Shown here: positions 57,701 to 64,000 of the stretch, in pieces
Layout of the letters: each line of letters starts with the position of its first letter
Position numbering within the stretch: position 1 is the first letter of the stretch
Origin: a virus
Taxonomy: Duplodnaviria > Heunggongvirae > Uroviricota > Caudoviricetes
Direction: 5' to 3' (one strand)
Length of the DNA: 64,000 bases
IMG/VR virus record: IMGVR_UViG_3300020045_006153
Span: 211,550 to 275,549 of that record
The notes under the pieces: generated by a model
What the model saw: only the letters and a program-made list of their open reading frames with translations
Told to the model about the DNA's origin: nothing
Database searches by the model: none
Program-made: the position numbers and the translations under genes

Positions 57701-58627
57701 GATAGCGGATTATATGTTAATAATTCATTATGGTGCAATACCGGATTTGTAGGTTCACAGGGCACAACTGGTTTTGTAGGAAGTACTGGTTTCAATGGAT
57801 CACAGGGCACAACTGGATTTGTAGGTTCAATTGGATTTGTGGGATCACAAGGCACAACTGGATTTGTAGGTTCAATTGGATTTGTGGGATCACAAGGCAC
57901 AACTGGATTTGTAGGTTCAATTGGTTTTGTAGGTTCACAAGGAACAACTGGTTTTGTAGGAAGTACTGGTTTCAATGGATCACAGGGAACAACTGGTTTT
58001 GTAGGTTCAATTGGATTTGTGGGATCACAAGGCCCGTCTACTGCAATTAATGCAACTAACGATAATACATCTACTATATTATATCCAGTAATGCTCAATG
58101 CTGCTGGATCTAATCAAACTCCCAAAGTTGACACAAGTGCATTAATATTTAATGCTCTTAGCAATGTGTTAACAGTTAATGGTACATCGACTTCTACTAG
58201 TACAACTACTGGTGCATTAATTGTTTCTGGAGGAGTTGGAGTTGGCGGCAACTTAACAGTAGGCGGCACCGGTTCATTTACTTCTAATGGTGTTATTGTC
58301 GGTAATAGTTTAATAAGTTCATTTACTAGCACTGTAATTGCTTCATCATCGACTCAAAATTTAGATACATTTACAACGTCAACTTATCGGACTGTGCGCT
58401 ATATATGGCAAATTGTTGATGGTATAAAAGTTCATATAAGTGAGATGACAATGTTTCACAATAATACTATCGTGTTTAAAAATGAATACGGTGTTAGTTC
58501 AAGTGTAGGCGAACTAGGAACATTTGATGCAACTCTTGCTGCAGGAATAATTACATTAACATTTACACCGAATTATCTACCAACATCTATGATTATAAAA
58601 GGTAACAGAGTATCAATTACTACTTAA
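54722..58627 (+). CDS. fibre protein with two Gly-X-Y tracts flanking NN-x-A-x-G beta-roll repeats (1301 aa)
   Basis: G-X-Y at 55427-56524 and 57743-58039; 14-aa repeats at about 56600-57640; C-terminal LDTF...YR...EYG domain. Confidence 0.85.
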   Translation: MAISTLTQVDYLWKKVIYGVSKSDSATAKSGSNETIPSPITVYSSSIWTQSDSASIPPTPPASTSTTVILYQGANRIQAIADATSGTTGNRPTWNTNLTNWVPPTFGSGYAVAVFLGDPQTTGVQIFPDTTNNEWVFDYTAGVLNFAASLPTGNAQWVNGVYIRGYRYIGNTGVGHTVSVTNTSTSQYISFISTSTGTHSAEFISTGLTFNPATNALSINGAGLYINGWQISTATGFTGSIGFVGSQGTTGFVGSQGSTGFIGSQGSTGFVGSQGSTGFVGSQGNIGFVGSTGTTGFVGSIGFVGSTGTTGFVGSQGTTGFVGSIGFVGSTGTTGFVGSQGTTGFVGSTGFNGSQGTTGFVGSQGTTGFVGSIGFVGSTGTTGFIGSTGTTGFVGSQGTTGFVGSIGFVGSQGTTGFVGSQGNIGFVGSQGTTGFVGSIGFVGSTGTTGFIGSTGTTGFVGSQGTTGFVGSIGFVGSQGTTGFVGSTGFIGSTGTTGFVGSQGTTGFVGSQGTTGFVGSQGTTGFVGSTGFVGSQGTTGFVGSIGFIGSTGTTGFVGSQGTTGFVGSIGFVGSQGTTGFVGSTGFIGSTGTTGFVGSQGPTTPATPYVIGAIFGYTPPAITTGTVTLGYQAGNVSMTGVHNIALGVCSLISNSSGCGNVAIGFRALSDTTLGSLNTAIGCYALANNTTGGNNIAIGPYALCGNNNGSGNVAMGYGALRSNTIGSNNFAVGTVALAVNTSGRNNVAIGYCALRCNSSGCNNVAIGYGTMCSNTTGSSNFAVGINALAFNTAGGGNVALGPGALSGNSLGNNNVAIGGSALGGNTSGSNNVAIGSNSLRCNSSGNNNFAAGYCALRCNTSGSNNVAIGYGAMCATTSGINNFAIGVYSLANNLTGVSNISIGAYSLNNNSFGNNNVALGDGALTCNITGNNNIAVGVAALRNNASGINNIAIGINAGCLLITGNNNTVIGILPAAAGCVCTVLIGAGACERVRVDDSGLYVNNSLWCNTGFVGSQGTTGFVGSTGFNGSQGTTGFVGSIGFVGSQGTTGFVGSIGFVGSQGTTGFVGSIGFVGSQGTTGFVGSTGFNGSQGTTGFVGSIGFVGSQGPSTAINATNDNTSTILYPVMLNAAGSNQTPKVDTSALIFNALSNVLTVNGTSTSTSTTTGALIVSGGVGVGGNLTVGGTGSFTSNGVIVGNSLISSFTSTVIASSSTQNLDTFTTSTYRTVRYIWQIVDGIKVHISEMTMFHNNTIVFKNEYGVSSSVGELGTFDATLAAGIITLTFTPNYLPTSMIIKGNRVSITT
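55427..56524 (+). repeat. Gly-X-Y tandem repeat
   Basis: Same triplet vocabulary as 50821-53046. Confidence 0.95.
57743..58039 (+). repeat. Gly-X-Y tandem repeat
   Basis: Same triplet vocabulary. Confidence 0.93.
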
Positions 58628-58630
58628 TAT

Positions 58631-61387
58631 ATGGCAACTCAAACTGATTTTTTAGTTAAGAAAGGATTAGTTGTACGTAATACTACAACATTTTCTACAA
58701 TCGATTCAGTATTGACTACTGATACTAATTCGCCTATGGGATTGCCTTCTCTTGATTTAGATTTTACACAAGGAATACTAGATCCTAGAGTAACATTTTT
58801 ACGCACTGGAAAAGGATCATATGTAGGGAAAGACGGATTAGTTGAATTTTCAGGTGATAACACTCCAAGATTTGATTATAGTTCAACTAGTACAGGAACT
58901 TGTTTAGGGTTGTTAATAGAACCTGCTAGTACTAATTATTTTATAGACAGTTCGAACTTATATATTAATTGGAGTATGACTAACGGTTCTATAATTTCAC
59001 AACAAGGTATTTCACCTACTGGAAATTTTGATGCAATTAAGTTAGTAGAAGCAATAACTACTAATAATAAAGAAGCATATCAAACTGGCTTTACTGTTTC
59101 GTCTGGTACATCGTATACAATAAGCGTTTATGCAAAAGAGTCAGGTCGATCACAATTTAGATTTGGATTAAGTTCTGGATATTTTTCTCTTGGAACAAAT
59201 GCATATTTTGATTTATCAAATGGCACAACAAACGGAATTTCCGGAGGATTTACAACTTCAACTATTTCTATTATAGGAAATGGTTGGTATCGTTGTTCAG
59301 CAACTTATGTTCCGATTGTATCCGGATCAACGTTAGCAATTTATTTTACATTATCCCAAGGTCTAAATACAAATTATACAGGTGACGGAATATCGAGTAT
59401 TCTATTTTGGGGACCACAACACGAGCAGCAACCTTATCCTACTTCGTATATTCCGACTACTAATAGTGCAGCAATTAGAGGTGATGACATTGCTCAATTA
59501 AATGGTTCAAATTTTACATCATGGTATAATAATGCACAAGGCACTATATATGCAGAATTTCAACAATATACTTCTCCCAATTTATCATTAAAGGGAGTAT
59601 TAGCAATATCTGACAATACATCAAATAATATATCTTCACATGTTTGGATTAATTCTCCTTCTTTAATTGTAGGGGAAGTATTTTTAAATAATGTAGGCTC
59701 GGGAAACCCTGCATTAACTAATTATGTCGGCGGCCAGGTAACTAAAGTTTCTCAATCAGTAAATGGAATTTCTAACACGTTGTTTGTAAATGGACAGAAT
59801 GCAGTCTCTGCATTAACTGGTTTTCCTAAAAAAGTTAATACATTGACAATAGGTAGTGCTAGATTTCTAGCACCATTAACTGGATGGATGCGTAGAATAA
59901 AATATTTTCCGTCAATGTTAACGGCAACTCAAAATAGAATATTAACATCGTCAACTATGTTTATTGGAAATAATTTTCCAAATGTTATTGCAGCATCTAC
60001 ATCGACTGTAATTAACGATTTTATTGTACAGCAAGGCATAGAAGTATCTCATAATTTTGAAATACCACATGTTGACTCTCTATATGTAACATTATTAGAT
60101 CGTCCTATATCGTCACCTAGTTTAACATTAAACTTTTTAAATGGAATTTTAGATTCTAAAATATCGTACACAAGATCAGGGCCAGCAACTTATGTCGGAC
60201 CATCTGGAAATATACAATATGCAACAGACAATCAGCCGAGATTTGATTACAGTGTAATCAATACAGGTACTTGTTTGGGGTTATTAATAGAAGAAAATAG
60301 AACAAACTTATATACGTATAGTACTGCATTTGAAAATACTTCAATTTGGAGTTCACCACCTGGCTCAATTATTCAACCAGGTTATGTGGGACCTGACGGA
60401 CAAACTAGTGCATACAAAATAAAAGAGACACCGGTTAGTGGAAATTTTGGAATAACTCGTCTTTCATCTTTTAATTTTACTACTAGCACTGTATATACGT
60501 TATCTGTATATGTTAAAGCAGTTGAAAATCGATATGCATATATGTGGTGGGATCAAGCATCAGGTGATGGTGCTACTATGGAAATAGATTTATTTACAGG
60601 TGCAACTAGAGTAACTAGAGCATTTGGTGCAAATTATTCTAATGTAACTTATTCGGTTGAGAATAAAGGAAATGGATGGTATAGGGGTATTATTAGAGCA
60701 AGTACTAGTAACAATGTTATTCAATTACGTATGTATATGTCTAATACTCCTTGGGTATCTGGAAATTTTGGAACACCTACATATACCGGAATTGCAGGTA
60801 ACGGAATTTTAATATGGGGTGCTCAATTAGAACAAGGGGCATTTCCGACATCGTATATTCCGTCTGGATCTTCTGTAATTACACGAGGTGCAGATACTGC
60901 ATCAATTGTAGGTAACAATTTTAACAATTGGTATAATCCAAATGAAGGGACATTATATGTAGAAGCAGATATAACTGCTGATGCAATTGCAATGGATTCG
61001 TACAGATGGCCTGTTGCTATTAAAAACATTAATGGCGGAAAAACATTAATCGGATTTTACAAAATGCCAAACAGTATGTCTTTAAGGAATAAAGCAAATA
61101 CTATGCCAAATCCGGTGGGTGCATCGAGCGTATTGTTTGAAACTGAACTAGGTACTATAACTACTGGTACTTATTTTAAATCTGCAATTGCAGTTTCATC
61201 GGGTGATAGTGCAGCAATAATGAATACTAATCCTATAACTACTTCGACTGGTTTATATATTCCGTCACCGTACGCAAATATATTAACAATAGGTCTCGGA
61301 GATATACATTGGATTGGTCATATTCGTAAAATAATATATTATCCTATTAGATTATCTAACACCGAACTACAAACCTTAACGGTATAA
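58631..61387 (+). CDS. spike/fibre protein with two tandem lectin-like modules
   Basis: Two copies of L-x-L-x-F...PRFDY...GTCLGLLIE...TN...GNGWYR...WG-x-Q-x-E...PTSYIP...R-x-x-D...GT-x-Y...G-x-x-R-x-I-x-Y. Confidence 0.8.
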   Translation: MATQTDFLVKKGLVVRNTTTFSTIDSVLTTDTNSPMGLPSLDLDFTQGILDPRVTFLRTGKGSYVGKDGLVEFSGDNTPRFDYSSTSTGTCLGLLIEPASTNYFIDSSNLYINWSMTNGSIISQQGISPTGNFDAIKLVEAITTNNKEAYQTGFTVSSGTSYTISVYAKESGRSQFRFGLSSGYFSLGTNAYFDLSNGTTNGISGGFTTSTISIIGNGWYRCSATYVPIVSGSTLAIYFTLSQGLNTNYTGDGISSILFWGPQHEQQPYPTSYIPTTNSAAIRGDDIAQLNGSNFTSWYNNAQGTIYAEFQQYTSPNLSLKGVLAISDNTSNNISSHVWINSPSLIVGEVFLNNVGSGNPALTNYVGGQVTKVSQSVNGISNTLFVNGQNAVSALTGFPKKVNTLTIGSARFLAPLTGWMRRIKYFPSMLTATQNRILTSSTMFIGNNFPNVIAASTSTVINDFIVQQGIEVSHNFEIPHVDSLYVTLLDRPISSPSLTLNFLNGILDSKISYTRSGPATYVGPSGNIQYATDNQPRFDYSVINTGTCLGLLIEENRTNLYTYSTAFENTSIWSSPPGSIIQPGYVGPDGQTSAYKIKETPVSGNFGITRLSSFNFTTSTVYTLSVYVKAVENRYAYMWWDQASGDGATMEIDLFTGATRVTRAFGANYSNVTYSVENKGNGWYRGIIRASTSNNVIQLRMYMSNTPWVSGNFGTPTYTGIAGNGILIWGAQLEQGAFPTSYIPSGSSVITRGADTASIVGNNFNNWYNPNEGTLYVEADITADAIAMDSYRWPVAIKNINGGKTLIGFYKMPNSMSLRNKANTMPNPVGASSVLFETELGTITTGTYFKSAIAVSSGDSAAIMNTNPITTSTGLYIPSPYANILTIGLGDIHWIGHIRKIIYYPIRLSNTELQTLTV

Positions 61388-61420
61388 ATATACTTGCTAT
61401 GAAGTGGAAAGGGAAGCAGA

Positions 61421-62728
61421 ATGGCAACAAGCACTGATTTTATCGTTAAGAGCGGCCTTCTGATTAAGGCAAATACAACAATCCCCGATAGTACAAATTT
61501 TGTAACAACGGATATTGTTCGTGCGGTTGCTGTTCCGAGTTTAGATATAAATTTTTCCAAAACTACTTCACTTGATTCAAGGATTCAATTTAGTAGAGCA
61601 TCAATTGGATCGTATGTAGGGAAAAACGGATATATTAATTTTGCACAAGTTAATGAACCTCGTATTGAATATAGTACAACAGGTACATGCCTTGGCTTAT
61701 TAATAGAAGACCCTAGAACAAATTTATTTCTTTACTCTCAACAATTCACTAATTGGAATAAAAATAGTATATCAGTAATTGATAATGCAGGAATATCACC
61801 ATCTGGTCAATTTGATGCCTCGGTAGTTACCTGTATACCTGGTAGTGGTGCACACTTATCTCAATCAAGCATATCTCTTAATTTAGGAGTTACATATACT
61901 CTTAGTGCATTTGTAAAAGCAGGAACAACTAGTACTTTTATTGTCGAACGATATGATAATAATGGATTAGGCGGTACGGGTTATTTTACTACATTTTTTA
62001 ATGTAGCAACTGGTACTATTATTAGTAATTCTGGCAATAATATTGTTGATATTCGTCCATACCCTAACGGGTGGTTTCGAATAAGCGTTGGACGCCAAAA
62101 CGCATTAGCAGGAGTTACTCCTGGTACAATGTACATTGGTGCATATGGTCCTTCTTCAGGTAACATGTATATATGGGGCGCACAACTAGAAGCCAGTACT
62201 TTCCCTACATCTTATATACCAACTACTACTACTAATATTGCACGCCAAGGAGATGCCGTTACATTACAATATGATTCATGGTGGCCTGTTCCATCTCAAG
62301 GTTCTATGATTATTAAATTTGATAGTTTTGGTATCCCAGCAGTGCAGCGCGGCTGGTTATTTAATTACAGTGATACTGGAAATTATAGGTTATCTCTGCG
62401 AGGAAATGCAAGTTCTAATGTTTCTCAAATTGTTGCAGGTGACGGTACTGGTTCTATTGTTACACTTACTTCACTAATGACTATGACAAATTATGTAGCA
62501 TATACTGTAGGAGCATCATTTGGAGGCAATACAGTATCAATTTGTACAAATGGATCTACGGTTGCTAACGGATCAGTTACCAACAACATATTTCCTAAAT
62601 CTGCTAATCCATATGTAGAAATTGGACAAAGCGCCGCTAACAATAGCATAAACGGACATATATCTAGAATTAGGTTCTGGCCAACTCGAGTATCTGATGC
62701 TCAATTAAAATTTTTAACAACGATATAA
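61421..62728 (+). CDS. spike/fibre protein, single lectin-like module (paralog of 58631..61387)
   Basis: Same GTCLGLLIE and WGAQLE...FPTSYIPT motifs; TATAAATA at 61383-61390. Confidence 0.8.
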   Translation: MATSTDFIVKSGLLIKANTTIPDSTNFVTTDIVRAVAVPSLDINFSKTTSLDSRIQFSRASIGSYVGKNGYINFAQVNEPRIEYSTTGTCLGLLIEDPRTNLFLYSQQFTNWNKNSISVIDNAGISPSGQFDASVVTCIPGSGAHLSQSSISLNLGVTYTLSAFVKAGTTSTFIVERYDNNGLGGTGYFTTFFNVATGTIISNSGNNIVDIRPYPNGWFRISVGRQNALAGVTPGTMYIGAYGPSSGNMYIWGAQLEASTFPTSYIPTTTTNIARQGDAVTLQYDSWWPVPSQGSMIIKFDSFGIPAVQRGWLFNYSDTGNYRLSLRGNASSNVSQIVAGDGTGSIVTLTSLMTMTNYVAYTVGASFGGNTVSICTNGSTVANGSVTNNIFPKSANPYVEIGQSAANNSINGHISRIRFWPTRVSDAQLKFLTTI

Positions 62729-62732
62729 TATT

Positions 62733-64000
62733 ATGACATATAAATTAATAGGGCCTGAGCCGTACCAAGTTCCAACTAACGCAGATTTAGGATCACTAGC
62801 ATATCAAAATAGTGACGGATTGACTTTAGGGCAATTACTTGTATCTAATACTGCTACTATTCAAGGTATTATTACTACTATTCCGGTTGCACAAAGCCAA
62901 CCGGCTACTGGACAATTAATATTATTACAACAAGTTCCTACAAATATTGCAGTAGGTCAATTAGTTTCTGGATCTACGCTTGCTGCTAATACTGTAATTT
63001 CGTCAGTTGTATCGGGTTATTCAACTGTGCAACAAACATTTACGGCAACTACTGCAACAACAATAGTTGCAATGACTGCTACTTATGGAATATCCGCCGG
63101 GCTAGTTGCATATGGTACCGGAATAACATATGGAACAACAGTTAATTCTGTTAGTTCACAATATGCGGTAACAAATTATGCAATTTCTACTTCTACTTCT
63201 AGCGGAAACGTAATATACATTAGCAATACTACAGGAATTGTTGCTAATAGTATGATTATAAATCATCCTAATATTGTTACAGGTACTATTGTTACTAGTG
63301 TAGTTAGTAACTATTCTATCACATTAAACAATGCAGTGTTAGGATCAGTTACATCGGGAGAAATTATTAATGTTGCTCCTACTGTAACATTAAGTTTGCC
63401 TATTACTGCAAATACATTAACGCAATATCTATTACTATATCCGTCAATTACTTTAAATGTAGCATCGTCTAGCCCGGTTCAACAAAATACTATATTAACA
63501 TTTTATCCTAATCCAACATCATACGACAATGCAGCATTAGTTGTAAAAAATGGTGGATTGGGAGTTGCAGGAAAAACATATTTTGCAAACACTGTTACTA
63601 TTACTTCAAATGTAAATGCAGTGAGTACTACTACTGGTGCGTTTGTAGTTGCCGGCGGCGCCGGTATAGGACGAGATTTATACGTTGGCGGAAATATATA
63701 TAAAAATGGTATAAGTATTGGGTTTGGATATAATGGGTCGTTGGGTTTCACTGGTAGTATCGGCTTTGTAGGTTCACAAGGAACAACTGGCTTTGTTGGA
63801 TCACAGGGAACAACTGGTTTTGTAGGAAGTACTGGCTTTATTGGCTCACAGGGAACAACTGGTTTTGTAGGAAGTACTGGCTTTATTGGCTCACAGGGCA
63901 CAACTGGTTTCAATGGATCACAGGGCACAACTGGCTTTATTGGCTCACAAGGAACAACTGGTTTTGTAGGAAGTACTGGCTTTATTGGCTCACAAGGAAC
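62733..64000 (+). CDS. fibre protein with Gly-X-Y tract, truncated by window end (not in ORF track)
   Basis: ATG at 62733 gives MTYKLIGPEPYQVPTNADLGSLAY...; in frame with the G-X-Y repeats from 63720 to the end. Confidence 0.8.
   Translation, partial: MTYKLIGPEPYQVPTNADLGSLAYQNSDGLTLGQLLVSNTATIQGIITTIPVAQSQPATGQLILLQQVPTNIAVGQLVSGSTLAANTVISSVVSGYSTVQQTFTATTATTIVAMTATYGISAGLVAYGTGITYGTTVNSVSSQYAVTNYAISTSTSSGNVIYISNTTGIVANSMIINHPNIVTGTIVTSVVSNYSITLNNAVLGSVTSGEIINVAPTVTLSLPITANTLTQYLLLYPSITLNVASSSPVQQNTILTFYPNPTSYDNAALVVKNGGLGVAGKTYFANTVTITSNVNAVSTTTGAFVVAGGAGIGRDLYVGGNIYKNGISIGFGYNGSLGFTGSIGFVGSQGTTGFVGSQGTTGFVGSTGFIGSQGTTGFVGSTGFIGSQGTTGFNGSQGTTGFIGSQGTTGFVGSTGFIGSQG
63720..64000 (+). repeat. 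Gly-X-Y tandem repeat (continues past window)
   Basis: GFVGSQGTT repeats. Confidence 0.93.

Noticed and set aside
50821-64000. Repeats as a CRISPR array or DGR template/variable repeats
   Set aside because: The units are in-frame 9-nt codon repeats with third-position variation. There are no unique spacers and no cas or reverse transcriptase gene in the window.
1-64000. Stop-codon reassignment, as in some large phages
   Set aside because: Conserved genes are intact and densely packed under the standard bacterial code, and TGA is used as a stop in ATGA overlaps. TAG usage was not counted.

Overview
This 64 kb window is part of a large, AT-rich, T4-superfamily-like myovirus (probably jumbo-phage size). 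Two-component spanins indicate a Gram-negative host. From left to right it contains: (1) a truncated J-domain (DnaJ-like) gene and a lysis cassette (holin, GH19 endolysin, o- and i-spanin); (2) PhoH, an RFC/gp44-type clamp loader, a P-loop kinase, MazG, GroES and a stand-alone DnaE (Pol III alpha) fragment; (3) a minus-strand baseplate and tail-fibre operon (two fibres, a 3425-aa wedge protein, gp6-, gp25-, gp5-, gp53- and gp48/54-like genes); (4) a gp55-type late sigma factor, gp47/gp46, Hc1 histone-like proteins and a GIY-YIG nuclease, followed by an approximately 460-nt highly structured non-coding element; (5) gp26/gp51-like genes joined by a predicted -1 frameshift, tape measure with a lysozyme-like domain, and the head module (portal, core, protease, scaffold, major capsid) plus an HNH endonuclease; (6) giant proline-free Gly-X-Y fibre proteins and lectin-like spike proteins. 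Transcription appears to use sigma70-type early promoters and TAAATA late promoters, several positioned to give leaderless mRNAs. The best candidate for an undescribed system is the pseudoknotted ncRNA directly behind the GIY-YIG gene. Other notable signals are the frameshift, the split polymerase, a late-promoter-in-hairpin switch on the endolysin and a structured 5' leader after the capsid/HNH genes. All protein assignments come from motif recognition by eye, not database searches.
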